Positions 1-8,205 of a stretch of 45,440 nucleotides of DNA are shown in pieces. Positions within the stretch are counted from its first letter, which is position 1, and each line of letters begins with the position of its first letter. Location: IMG/VR virus record IMGVR_UViG_3300028610_001044; one strand, written 5' to 3'. Origin of the DNA: a virus. Below the pieces are notes generated by a model, which was given only the letters and a program-made list of their open reading frames with translations, was not told the origin of the DNA and did no database searches. The position numbers were made by a program, and so were the translations under genes.

Positions 1-144
1 GTACTATAAGGTGGTTTATTGGACAGACGGGACAAAGAATAATCTGTTCCCCTCATATGACGCAGAGAAGATAGCCTGTGCGATAGAAAACAAAGGCTAC
101 CCGGTAGAAGTCGAGTTGGAACAGGATGGACTGTTCACCAACGT
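1..144. repeat. Terminal direct repeat, copy A (identical to 45297..45440)
   Basis: Base-by-base comparison of the two window ends gives 144/144 identity. The repeat lies inside a coding frame. Confidence 0.95.
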
Positions 145-433
145 AAAGAGGATTGAGCCGATTCAAGATGCAGCCAAGGTGTCTGCCTCACCAGTACCCC
201 CACAAACCCCTCAGAATAGCTCTCAGAGCGTTGTAGGGGCATCTAAAGACAAGTCCATCTGTTATTCATATGGGAAAGATGTGGTTGTAGCTTTAATCGC
301 CAAAGGGGTACTCGATTATTCACACGATCTTTCCCAAGAGATAGCGAAGATAGGGGATGACTTATATGCCCGACTAACAATACCGAAAGATAGTCAGTTT
401 CCCCCAGTAGATACATCAGATATTCCAATCTAA
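1..433 (+). CDS. Hypothetical protein, 3' portion of the gene that wraps across the terminal repeat (true ATG at 45238)
   Basis: The frame of ORF 11..433 is open back to base 2 and continues the ORF begun at 45238 (...GKYYKVVYWTDG...). Stop TAA is at 431-433. Confidence 0.7.
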   Translation, partial: YYKVVYWTDGTKNNLFPSYDAEKIACAIENKGYPVEVELEQDGLFTNVKRIEPIQDAAKVSASPVPPQTPQNSSQSVVGASKDKSICYSYGKDVVVALIAKGVLDYSHDLSQEIAKIGDDLYARLTIPKDSQFPPVDTSDIPI

Positions 434-582
434 TGGAAGACCTAAAACTAACAGAGAAAGAACGTATGGCCCTTATTAGGCCAAAGATACAGTTTGCTTT
501 GGAGTATTTGGAAGAACTTGGCCTAAAGGACTCACACACATACAGGCAACTAGAAAAGGCAGAGGAGGAAACCCATGTCTGA
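433..582 (+). CDS. Hypothetical 49-aa protein
   Basis: The ATG overlaps the upstream TAA (TAATG). The frame is open to TGA 580-582 and overlaps the next start at 575. It fills an otherwise empty gap. Confidence 0.4.
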   Translation: MEDLKLTEKERMALIRPKIQFALEYLEELGLKDSHTYRQLEKAEEETHV

Positions 583-886
583 TATTGACCAGTTCAGAGA
601 AGACGCAAAGGCATACATGGAACACAAAAGATTCCTTGACCGTGACCATGCCGCTCTTGAGGGGTTAGGTAAACGTCCAGTACGGCCTAAGCCCACACCC
701 CCCAAGTGTCCCTGGTGCGCAGACACAGGGGACAAACACGAGCCGTTCATAGAGGGTGAGATGATTCCCTTAGAAGACCACGTAGCCCGCAAGGATTTTG
801 GCCGTCAGTTCTGGTCATACGACAAAGGATTTAAAGGAAGTTACGAGAAAGTCCCCTGTGATTGTGTGGAAAAGGAGAGAGCATGA
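575..886 (+). CDS. Hypothetical Cys-containing protein (CPWC...CDC)
   Basis: ATG is preceded by GAGGAGGAA. ORF of 103 aa. Confidence 0.7.
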   Translation: MSDIDQFREDAKAYMEHKRFLDRDHAALEGLGKRPVRPKPTPPKCPWCADTGDKHEPFIEGEMIPLEDHVARKDFGRQFWSYDKGFKGSYEKVPCDCVEKERA

Positions 887-1113
887 AATTACTAGGATTA
901 TTAATGATTGTTGGAGGTATTTGTCTCGGTTTATATGTAGGCGGTTACTTGATGCTGGTTGGTGGAGTCATCCAGGTTATTGAGGGAGCCAAGAACGATA
1001 TAGACGCACTCATGATAGCCTGGGGCGTTGGGAAAGTAGTTTTAGCTTCTTTTGTTGGGACAATCACAGCATTTGTTTTAGTCATCCCCGGCATGGCTTT
1101 CCTGAGCAGCTAA
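883..1113 (+). CDS. Small membrane protein (2 predicted TM segments)
   Basis: ATG 883 forms an ATGA overlap with the upstream stop, and GGAGAG lies upstream. The sequence is hydrophobic (LLGLLMIVGGICLGLYVGGYLMLVGG). The longer TTG-862 start was rejected. Confidence 0.7.
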   Translation: MKLLGLLMIVGGICLGLYVGGYLMLVGGVIQVIEGAKNDIDALMIAWGVGKVVLASFVGTITAFVLVIPGMAFLSS

Positions 1114-1898
1114 TGAGCGAAGAACTACTTGAACTAGAGCTGGAACAGGAGTCATACAAGAATGACCCGGCAACATACAAGGTGTTCCATGAAAGATATA
1201 TTTGGTGTGCTATCTGTGGAAAGCCAGAGATACAGGCGCACCACATAGTGTTCGGTATCGGCCAACGTGACACCACCATGTCGAATCTCTGCCCCTTATG
1301 TGTGGAGTGCCACATGAGAGCGCATGGGCAGGTTGTTGCGGGTAAAACCCCCATTAAGATTAAAGAGGATGAGATGGGCGCTGGGGGTGCATGGGTTTTA
1401 TATCCAAACAACCCCGAGGATGCTATGTTTCTGTCCTTAAAGCCACACCACACATCTGAGGACGACGGAAAGAAAGCACACGACCTACATACAGCAATAA
1501 TAAGGATGAAAGACCAGAGGGAAAGATTAAACCGACTACTGGGGAGTGCGTACAAGGATATGAGGGATAGTGAATTATATAAGGCGTATGCCCCAACGAT
1601 GCAGTCTTATTTTGCCACACCGGAGATAGCCGAATACGGGAGTCTAGGGTTTGACTTGATTGAAATAGCAGAACAACTAGAGAAGTTTGGGATTGATGAT
1701 ACTGACCTGGACACACATAAACTACACAAGGTGTTGATGGGGGCAAAAGACAGAGATGAAGCACTACGCTGGATAGACCAGGCACAAGGACTAAGCCACA
1801 CTGATCTTAATGATGGTCTTGCTGAAAACGGAATGATGGAAGAAACAAAGTATATGAAGAAAAAGAGGGAGAAAGACAATGAAGATAAAAACATTTAA
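1113..1898 (+). CDS. HNH endonuclease-domain protein
   Basis: Motif CAICGK...AHHIVF...NLCPLCVECHMRAH, a Cys4 plus His-Asn-His type ββα-Me signature. TAATG coupling to the upstream gene. Confidence 0.8.
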   Translation: MSEELLELELEQESYKNDPATYKVFHERYIWCAICGKPEIQAHHIVFGIGQRDTTMSNLCPLCVECHMRAHGQVVAGKTPIKIKEDEMGAGGAWVLYPNNPEDAMFLSLKPHHTSEDDGKKAHDLHTAIIRMKDQRERLNRLLGSAYKDMRDSELYKAYAPTMQSYFATPEIAEYGSLGFDLIEIAEQLEKFGIDDTDLDTHKLHKVLMGAKDRDEALRWIDQAQGLSHTDLNDGLAENGMMEETKYMKKKREKDNEDKNI

Positions 1899-2058
1899 GC
1901 TGCACTGGCTTCACGGGAAGACAGAAACCGTAGAGGGCTATGACATTGCCGATGCTTGTCGCCGGGCCGGGATAGGAAATGGAGCACTGCCAGCTCTAGA
2001 CTACCACGAAGAAGTATCTGCCGAGGTTGTGAGGGATGAAGAGCAGCCGAGTCTCTAA
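1879..2058 (+). CDS. Hypothetical 59-aa protein
   Basis: ATG follows AAGAGGGAGAAAGACA. Open frame found by manual translation; it lies below the ORF-track cutoff. Confidence 0.45.
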   Translation: MKIKTFKLHWLHGKTETVEGYDIADACRRAGIGNGALPALDYHEEVSAEVVRDEEQPSL

Positions 2059-2167
2059 TGCGCTCTTCATTAGAGGACAAAGAAACATAGATCAGACCTA
2101 ATAATAGCCTTATCAGAAGCAGGACTAATAAAGGAACCCAAGTGGTTGACCAAACGTAAGGAGAATA

Positions 2168-2308
2168 ATGGATGAAATAGACGACGGCAGAGACAAAGAG
2201 CCGGTATGTAAGAAGTGTCAGGGTAGGGGCTGGTATTGGATACAAAACCCCAATGGATTCTATGCGACTGACAGGATAAGAGTCGATTGTGAATGTGAGG
2301 GAAGATGA
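2168..2308 (+). CDS. 46-aa mini-protein with DnaJ-type CxxCxGxG zinc-finger motif
   Basis: AAGGAGAATA precedes the ATG. Motifs CKKCQGRGW ... CEC. ATGA overlap with the next gene at 2305. Confidence 0.45.
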   Translation: MDEIDDGRDKEPVCKKCQGRGWYWIQNPNGFYATDRIRVDCECEGR

Positions 2309-2496
2309 GTGATAAATGTTGCTTCATTGGTTGCAAGAAGTTAGCGGATTTTGAGGTTTATTCTAAAAGTGGAGATACCCTGGCCTGCTCAGGACACTTA
2401 GTTGAGCTTCTTTGTGATGACGAAGAACACACTATTTGCCGTGTGCCAGAGTTTTTAGATGAGGAAGACGCAGAAACAGTAGTGGAGGATGAGTAA
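2305..2496 (+). CDS. Hypothetical Cys-rich protein with acidic tail
   Basis: 63-aa ORF coupled to both neighbours. C-terminal DDEEH...LDEEDAETVVEDE. Confidence 0.6.
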   Translation: MSDKCCFIGCKKLADFEVYSKSGDTLACSGHLVELLCDDEEHTICRVPEFLDEEDAETVVEDE

Positions 2497-3111
2497 ATGA
2501 CAACCGTTAAAGATGAATTAGAAAAGCGAGAAGTCCTCATGCACCATCGACCACCGACAATTTGTGAGATTTGCAGCGAGAATTATAAAGACAGTCCTTG
2601 TGAGTGGCAGATATTCGAGAAGATTCATGCCTGCGCTCATCAAAAGGCTGACTCAAAGATGCAACTTGCACGCCTCCGAAGCTGGCTGAACGACATACAG
2701 CATGGCTTATTGGTAGGCGAAGAAGCTGACGATCAATTAGAGAACCCATTTACAACAATATTTGAAGCACTAGACCGCAAAGATGAACTGGAAGAATTTG
2801 AAGAAGTCGCTGGCCGTCTAAGTGATGTTAATGCCAATCTTTTAGAAGAACTCACAACCGCCAAACAACGCATAGCGGAGCTGGAGCCAGCTTTATTCGC
2901 AGCAAAAGAGGCTCGGGATACCTGGAATCGAATCGCAGAAGAAAGAGAACAAGACCTCACCAAATCACGCCAACAAGTAGAGCTCAATGAACGAATACTG
3001 GCTAAAGTCGAGCCTATTATTGAGAGTCGCGGCCGTACTTTAGTTGATATTGAAGCTGAGGTTCTTGGCGAATGGCTAGACAAACAATCCGACGACCAAG
3101 AGGGGGCATGA
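2497..3111 (+). CDS. Hypothetical coiled-coil protein
   Basis: 204-aa ORF starting 1 nt after the upstream TAA. The C-terminal half is rich in heptad-like charged residues. Confidence 0.7.
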   Translation: MTTVKDELEKREVLMHHRPPTICEICSENYKDSPCEWQIFEKIHACAHQKADSKMQLARLRSWLNDIQHGLLVGEEADDQLENPFTTIFEALDRKDELEEFEEVAGRLSDVNANLLEELTTAKQRIAELEPALFAAKEARDTWNRIAEEREQDLTKSRQQVELNERILAKVEPIIESRGRTLVDIEAEVLGEWLDKQSDDQEGA

Positions 3112-3212
3112 TGGAGTATTCATCAACAGGTTTTTGTTGGCATTGTGGCTGCTTCTTAACAGAGGCTGCGATTAAATCACATAAATGTAACCGTTGTGGA
3201 GCCCCTGTATGA
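3108..3212 (+). CDS. 34-aa zinc-ribbon mini-protein
   Basis: ATGATG overlaps the upstream TGA. Motif CWHC...CNRC. Confidence 0.4.
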   Translation: MMEYSSTGFCWHCGCFLTEAAIKSHKCNRCGAPV

Positions 3213-3253
3213 CAACCCTAACCAGAGCAATCACTAGAGCGATAGAGGAGTAA

Positions 3254-3508
3254 TTGAAAAGATATAAAGCACACCCAGCAAGCGATCTCCTGAAAGGAGA
3301 TGAACAAAGACAAAGGGATATTATAATACCAGATGGATATGTACCAGAGGTAAAGTGGCCCGGTCATCTTTTATGTATAACACCAGGCTGTAACAACATT
3401 AAAAGACAAAACAGAGCAGGATGGAAAAATACCTGTGAGGATTGTTCAGAAGACCCAGAGAAAAGAATAGCCGCTAAAGCGATAAGGGAAGCGAGGAGGA
3501 AGAAATGA
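3254..3508 (+). CDS. Hypothetical basic protein
   Basis: TTG start 3 nt after GAGGAG. 84-aa ORF coupled to the next gene (ATGA). Confidence 0.6.
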   Translation: MKRYKAHPASDLLKGDEQRQRDIIIPDGYVPEVKWPGHLLCITPGCNNIKRQNRAGWKNTCEDCSEDPEKRIAAKAIREARRKK

Positions 3509-3840
3509 AGGGAAACGCTCAAATCAAAAGAACTACATTGGGGTATGAAGACCACGGAATACTCACCTGTTGGTTGTACCTAGAACAAAGCGGGAGCGGT
3601 CAGGGGTTTGGTGGGTATCGGTTAGATGCACCAAAGGGTAATAGTATTTATACGGATATGTGGGTGAAGCGAATATTAGAAGTTGTCGGGGTGAGAGAGT
3701 GGGAGTCTTTACCGGGTAAGTATGTGCGGGTTGAGGGTGAGGAGTTCGGCAAGATTGAGGGGATAGGCAACATTCTTGAAGATAAGTGGTTTTACCCCGC
3801 AAAAGAACTGAAAGAGAAAGAAGAAAACGATGAGAGTTAA
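3505..3840 (+). CDS. Hypothetical protein
   Basis: 111-aa ORF, ATGA-coupled. Confidence 0.7.
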   Translation: MKGNAQIKRTTLGYEDHGILTCWLYLEQSGSGQGFGGYRLDAPKGNSIYTDMWVKRILEVVGVREWESLPGKYVRVEGEEFGKIEGIGNILEDKWFYPAKELKEKEENDES

Positions 3841-3909
3841 ATCACAAACGAAGTTTGTGGACAACAATAAATACCACGCCACCCCAACAACAGTAGACGG
3901 CATAAGGTT

Positions 3910-4215
3910 ATGAATGAAAAAGACATACAAAAACAGATAGTAGACTACCTGCGCCTAAGGGGTTGGTTTGTGGCTATCACTTCCCAAAAAGGAATGAGCT
4001 TTGCCACGCCAGGATTGCCGGACTTGATAGCAGTTAAAAGCATTAAGTGGCCAGATGACCCCGATGATGAGGTGCGTACTCTTTGGATAGAGGTAAAAGG
4101 CCCAAGAGGCACACACCGTCCAGCGCAAATAGATTTCCAAGAGGGGCTAGAAGCCGCAGGAGGGGAATACCTACTAGCCAACTCACTAGACGTTGTAATG
4201 GAGTATTTAAAGTAA
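3910..4215 (+). CDS. VRR-NUC (PD-(D/E)xK) nuclease
   Basis: IVDYLRLRGW...GLPDLIAV...WIEVKGPRG...Q matches the VRR-NUC D...ExK core layout. Confidence 0.8.
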   Translation: MNEKDIQKQIVDYLRLRGWFVAITSQKGMSFATPGLPDLIAVKSIKWPDDPDDEVRTLWIEVKGPRGTHRPAQIDFQEGLEAAGGEYLLANSLDVVMEYLK

Positions 4216-4217
4216 TG

Positions 4218-4234
4218 GTCAAACGTAGTTTGAC
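4218..4234. repeat. Palindrome family member P1: GTCAAAC-GTA-GTTTGAC
   Basis: Perfect 7+7 inverted repeat with a 3-nt spacer, 17 nt upstream of ATG 4252. It shares 23 of 26 nt with P4 (41664..41689, reverse complement). Confidence 0.9.
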
Positions 4235-4251
4235 GACCAAAAGGAGGACAG

Positions 4252-4578
4252 ATGCTTAACAAACAAATAGAACGGATAAAGAACAACGGACACATATTTT
4301 GGACGTTCTGGGGGATATGCGCTCTTGGCTGGTTAGTCTATGCGTGGTCAGTAATCCTCCCCTTGGCGGCTGAGTTGCAATCTGAACCAACGGTTCAGGA
4401 CAACCTCTCAATCATTGAAGCTATCACTACAGACGAAGTAAAGTGGAAAACAATAACAGTAGAGACATTCAATCCAAAAGAAGCATCAGACGACTTCACC
4501 GACAGTGGATTAACCAAGAAAGTAACAACAGAGTTTTATTTCGATCAGAGAGTCCCGGCTAAAAAGGAGAGAAAATGA
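4252..4578 (+). CDS. Membrane protein (1 TM)
   Basis: AAGGAGGACAG precedes the ATG. TM segment FWTFWGICALGWLVYAWSVILPL. Confidence 0.7.
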   Translation: MLNKQIERIKNNGHIFWTFWGICALGWLVYAWSVILPLAAELQSEPTVQDNLSIIEAITTDEVKWKTITVETFNPKEASDDFTDSGLTKKVTTEFYFDQRVPAKKERK

Positions 4579-4715
4579 GGAAAATAAGTAGCGACGAACA
4601 CCTCGCCAAGCTTTCCCTTGTGCGAGAACGAATAGGCGTTGATGTGTGGGCCTCGATGACTAATGATGAGCGAGAGCGGGCGCTTGAGAAGATTAAGCCA
4701 AAGGAGAAGAAATGA
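4575..4715 (+). CDS. Hypothetical 46-aa protein
   Basis: ATGA overlaps at both ends and AAGGAGAG lies upstream. Manual translation shows no internal stop. Confidence 0.45.
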   Translation: MRKISSDEHLAKLSLVRERIGVDVWASMTNDERERALEKIKPKEKK

Positions 4716-5035
4716 GCAGGATTAAAGAGCTGGCGAGAGAGATACGGATGAATGCTTGTAGACACCGTGACCGAAACGGCGATAGGTGGGACTATTACGA
4801 GGTTGAACGCACCAACAAACTTTTAGACCTTATCGACGGAGCAGAGGAACACCAGTTAGCCCCGCTGTGTTCTAGCGGGCGAGAAGGAATGTGGTTATTC
4901 TTCCCAGACCCACAACCTACGCTAAAGGATGCTGCACAAGCGGTTGTGGAGGAGAGGATGGCGGCGCTAAGAAGTAATAGCATATTGGACAAAAGGATAG
5001 ACAACCTAGCCGCAGCACTAAAGAGAGAGGATTAA
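4712..5035 (+). CDS. Hypothetical protein
   Basis: 107-aa ORF with AAGGAGAAGAA upstream. Confidence 0.7.
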   Translation: MSRIKELAREIRMNACRHRDRNGDRWDYYEVERTNKLLDLIDGAEEHQLAPLCSSGREGMWLFFPDPQPTLKDAAQAVVEERMAALRSNSILDKRIDNLAAALKRED

Positions 5036-5398
5036 ATGACAACACACAACAAAAGAAGAACAGAAACCATAACCGCTCAGAAGATTTCTAAGGTATATCA
5101 TGGGGTTGGGGGTAGGGATAGGTACTCCAATGAGGCTGAAAGTGCCTTAGACAACGTTACAGCGCGTGTCATAGCACTTGTGGGTAGACTTATTGTGGTG
5201 GATGGTGACATAAAGGGCAAATCAGATATGCCGTTAGTTCAACAGTCCGGTCACGCCGATGGGATTTCTATGTACGAAGACGCATTTATCGCCAAAGAAC
5301 TACTGGCGATGACCAAAGCATTAAGCTTAGTGGTGAGTGATAGTTTTATTAGAGAGAACAGAGAAAAGAGATTACAGGAAGCGAGGGAGGGCAAATAA
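5036..5398 (+). CDS. Hypothetical protein
   Basis: 120-aa ORF starting directly after the upstream TAA. Confidence 0.7.
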   Translation: MTTHNKRRTETITAQKISKVYHGVGGRDRYSNEAESALDNVTARVIALVGRLIVVDGDIKGKSDMPLVQQSGHADGISMYEDAFIAKELLAMTKALSLVVSDSFIRENREKRLQEAREGK

Positions 5399-5422
5399 TG
5401 GGTAATTCTCCAGATTGACCAG

Positions 5423-5439
5423 CCGTAACGCAGTTACGG
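5423..5439. terminator. Hairpin CCGTAAC-GCA-GTTACGG between convergent transcription units (possible bidirectional terminator or processing site)
   Basis: Perfect 7-bp stem with a 3-nt loop, 25 nt after the stop at 5398. No U-tract follows, and it is followed by GGACAAAAG as in the P1/P4 flank. Confidence 0.35.
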
Positions 5440-5497
5440 GGACAAAAGAAGACCCCCGGACTAATCCAGAGGCTTTCTTAGTTGATATAGGTTAGGT

Positions 5498-5641
5498 TTA
5501 TTGTTTGTCCTTGCATGTGTTCCTGGCCGGACGTATGGAGCCAACCTCTTTGTGCCTACGGAAACAACTTGGGGTCGTTTGGCGAAAATCTCCTTTTGTC
5601 CGTGGCTTGCCGTGGTAGCAAGCATCACAACCTTTGTCCAT
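5498..5641 (-). CDS. Possible 47-aa basic Cys-containing mini-protein
   Basis: Manual minus-strand translation gives MDKGCDACYHGK...C...C, with GGTGA 5 nt upstream. Support is weak. Confidence 0.3.
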   Translation of the reverse strand: MDKGCDACYHGKPRTKGDFRQTTPSCFRRHKEVGSIRPARNTCKDKQ

Positions 5642-5850
5642 GTTAATCACCGCCCTTCTCTCTCTTAACCGCCAGGTTAAGGACTAAGGTAAATGTCTAT
5701 CAACAGCATCCTTTAAGAACTGCGTCTGTGTTAGGTGGTCTTTAATGTTGTGTTCAATATCTTCTGTTTTTCTTTTGGACAAGAACAACCTTAACCGATC
5801 TAACCGCTTAGACCCCAGTTCACAATGTATCTGGCCATCATATTTACGCA

Positions 5851-6261
5851 TTACCCCTCCCTTACATGCTTTGAATGCAGAGCAGCAAGTGTTCCTGTTT
5901 CTGTTTCGTCAGGAGAGTGGATATTGTTGATGCGTACCATAATCACGTTATCCTCTGGCCATATCTGGTAATAATATTCTATGTCTTCGTGCAGTGGGCC
6001 GGAATCAATATAAACATCGCCGGGGCCATCTTTGTTAGCCAACACATAGAACGCCGCTAGATCGTACATGTCTGGTTCGTTTACTCGGTAGCCATATCCT
6101 CCACTCGCATCATACCCTTTGTTTGCGAGGTCACGCATGGCCTTGATATTCTTCATGCGCCAGGACGGGTAGCCGTCACTGTGATGATACAGGCGGGCTA
6201 CAAATGGTGTGCCTCCGTCCGGCTTGTGCTCGTAAAAGTCTATGTTGCTTCTCGTACTCAT
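5851..6261 (-). CDS. Hypothetical protein
   Basis: 136-aa ORF with GGGAGGTA upstream on the minus strand. Confidence 0.75.
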   Translation of the reverse strand: MSTRSNIDFYEHKPDGGTPFVARLYHHSDGYPSWRMKNIKAMRDLANKGYDASGGYGYRVNEPDMYDLAAFYVLANKDGPGDVYIDSGPLHEDIEYYYQIWPEDNVIMVRINNIHSPDETETGTLAALHSKHVREG

Positions 6262-6285
6262 GTTAAATACCTCCCAGTATTTGGT

Positions 6286-6459
6286 TTAATTAAGTTCCCG
6301 TCGTTCGATCATGCGGGTTGATGTGTTCGGCTCGTTCTCGCGGTAGTCCTTGAGATACCCTCTTGCTTCAAAGTAGGTTTCTGCGGCGGTCAAATCCTCC
6401 CAACCATACCCGTAGTTCCCTTGTATCACATGCAGATATGTATATTTGTTCTTTTTCAT
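6286..6459 (-). CDS. Hypothetical 57-aa protein (YLHVIQGNYGYGWEDL motif)
   Basis: ATG 6459 is preferred over GTG 6468. It is coupled to the stop of the upstream mini-ORF (TAGAATG). Confidence 0.7.
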   Translation of the reverse strand: MKKNKYTYLHVIQGNYGYGWEDLTAAETYFEARGYLKDYRENEPNTSTRMIERRELN

Positions 6460-6460
6460 T

Positions 6461-6586
6461 CTATACACCCCCTAAGATTTGGTTAACAGTCAGCATTTTT
6501 GACTGGACTAAACTAACGGCAGAGCTGGCTATTAACAGGCCAATAACAACAAAGTAGATGATTAGTGCTCCTCTAACGATAGTCAT
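6461..6586 (-). CDS. 41-aa membrane mini-protein
   Basis: Manual translation gives MTIVRGALIIYFVVIGLLIASSAVSLV.... GGAGTG lies 10 nt upstream. Confidence 0.5.
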   Translation of the reverse strand: MTIVRGALIIYFVVIGLLIASSAVSLVQSKMLTVNQILGGV

Positions 6587-6588
6587 TG

Positions 6589-6705
6589 TTATTCACACTC
6601 CAAGACTCTAGCGTCCTCGCCACAGTTCGCAGCGTAGGCGTCTGCCACCAGTTGATCGTCGGTTACATAGAGAAGAACCCCGTTAGCGATTACTTCGTAC
6701 CACAT
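6589..6705 (-). CDS. 38-aa acidic mini-protein
   Basis: GGGAGGTAAAG precedes the ATG. It is the first gene of the minus-strand island. Confidence 0.45.
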   Translation of the reverse strand: MWYEVIANGVLLYVTDDQLVADAYAANCGEDARVLECE

Positions 6706-6901
6706 CTTTACCTCCCGTTGGTTGCCTACCCCATAGTGTACACATGGTAGGAGTAGAAGTCAATAAAACAAGGTTTAAGGGGTTGAGCAGGGAGAACACC
6801 ACAGAGGGAGAGGGCAGTCGCAACCACGGGTTGCGGGGTAACCCTTAAATATGGTATACAGCGTAGGTAGTATTTACACTTATCCCCAGGAGACAAAGCC
6901 C

Positions 6902-7444
6902 ATGACAGTCAAGGACAAGGTCGCAGTCTATGACAAGGCAGAAGAGATAGAAAAGAAGTATTGCGGGGCCAAAACCAAGAGCGGGAAGACCTGTGAAAGA
7001 CCTCAAGGATGGGGGACATGGCATCCGGGTCAAGGGAAATGCAAGTTACATGGTGGGGCAAGTCCGTCAGGGCCACGGAGTATGTATGTACAGCATGACC
7101 AGGACTTATTAGAGAGAGTTAAGGAATTAAAGGAAGACCCAAACCTAACCAGCATCCCTGAACAGATAGCCTTATCAATAGCTATGATGGAAAGAGCAGT
7201 TAATAACCTAGAGAGTGATGAGAGCAGTAAGTTAGAACAGGCTAAATCGGTGGGTGTAATAAGCACCAACCTAGCAAAGATGATCGAGACCAACCACAAG
7301 ATACAGGTAGGACACTATCTTTCACCTGACCACGTACAAGACCAGATAAGGAAAGCAGCAGGCCACATACAGCGATCATGTAAAGGGTGTGACAAGCTGG
7401 AGACACTAGCCCAAGAGCTACAGGCCATGACCTCTCAAGAGTAG
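6902..7444 (+). CDS. Hypothetical protein with Cys cluster and HGG motif (CKLHGGASPSGP) plus helical C-terminus
   Basis: ATG 6902 lies 9 nt after AGGAG; the alternative start at 6851 has no SD. The motif resembles HGGxSTG-type proteins of unknown function. Confidence 0.65.
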   Translation: MTVKDKVAVYDKAEEIEKKYCGAKTKSGKTCERPQGWGTWHPGQGKCKLHGGASPSGPRSMYVQHDQDLLERVKELKEDPNLTSIPEQIALSIAMMERAVNNLESDESSKLEQAKSVGVISTNLAKMIETNHKIQVGHYLSPDHVQDQIRKAAGHIQRSCKGCDKLETLAQELQAMTSQE

Positions 7445-7734
7445 GGTACTCTAGGTACTCAACCAGTACATATCCCCCCTTAGAATGGCTTACAGTGCGT
7501 TGACAGTGGTAGATTGGGTGATTAAGCCAGTGTTAACACGTGTTAGAGGACCAAAGTGCCAAGAGTTAGCAGCGTGATACCGGGTATAGGGGTATGATAG
7601 GGGCCGGGGTATGACCCCTGCCGGTGGGTTCGGTATATATGACTATTACCAGCTCAGTCAACATATTATTTTATTAAGTACCACCTCTGACAAGATAATA
7701 TTTTTTAGTAATAACACTACTACCAGGAGGAACT

Positions 7735-7995
7735 ATGAAAAAGTACTTCACCTACAAGAGAGATGTACGTACCTATTGGTTGTGTCTTGCTTTTGAGAAG
7801 CCTTTTTGGTTCTACTTGTCTTTAAATATCCCTAAGATAAGGTTCTGGTCTTCTTTTGGTCTACTAAGACATGAAGGTCGTCTTTGTTTCCGCAGGCCAC
7901 TGCTACGGTTCCCTGAAAAGGTTGTCTGTACGCTTGAGGGAGAATATATCCCGGCTAAAGACTACAGCCTGGAAGTACACGGACAGATACATTAG
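7735..7995 (+). CDS. Hypothetical protein
   Basis: Strong SD (AGGAGGAACT before the ATG). 86 aa. Confidence 0.6.
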   Translation: MKKYFTYKRDVRTYWLCLAFEKPFWFYLSLNIPKIRFWSSFGLLRHEGRLCFRRPLLRFPEKVVCTLEGEYIPAKDYSLEVHGQIH

Positions 7996-8000
7996 TATAC

Positions 8001-8028
8001 TTGCCACGTATACGTATATGTGTATAAT
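8001..8028 (+). promoter_or_regulatory. Sigma70-like promoter TTGCCA-16 nt-TATAAT
   Basis: Hexamers read directly from the sequence. The predicted TSS near 8035 coincides with ATG 8035, so the mRNA may be leaderless. Confidence 0.45.
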
Positions 8029-8034
8029 AAGGAT

Positions 8035-8205
8035 ATGAACGTTGGTCAACTCATATGGGTGTTAAGGAAGCATCCATCAGACATGGAAGTTGTCTTCGCT
8101 GATTGTGAGTACGGAGATTTACAAATTAGTGACGCAGAGATTACCGACAACTATCGTGGCTTCGACCAGACTGAGACTCGCAGAGAAGTGTTGCGCCTAT
8201 CATGA
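8035..8205 (+). CDS. Hypothetical 56-aa protein
   Basis: ATG 8035 is in frame with the track ORF (GTG 8020). Start choice is based on the adjacent promoter. Confidence 0.6.
   Translation: MNVGQLIWVLRKHPSDMEVVFADCEYGDLQISDAEITDNYRGFDQTETRREVLRLS

Noticed and set aside
4218-4234. Palindromes P1-P4 as rho-independent terminators or as -35 promoter elements (they contain TTGAC)
   Set aside because: No U-tract follows any copy on either strand, and no acceptable -10 hexamer lies 16-18 nt downstream of the TTGAC. Two copies sit inside coding sequence.
7589-7614. Short direct repeats considered as a CRISPR-like or tandem array
   Set aside because: There are only two 9-bp copies with an 8-bp gap. 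There is no repeat-spacer periodicity and no cas genes.
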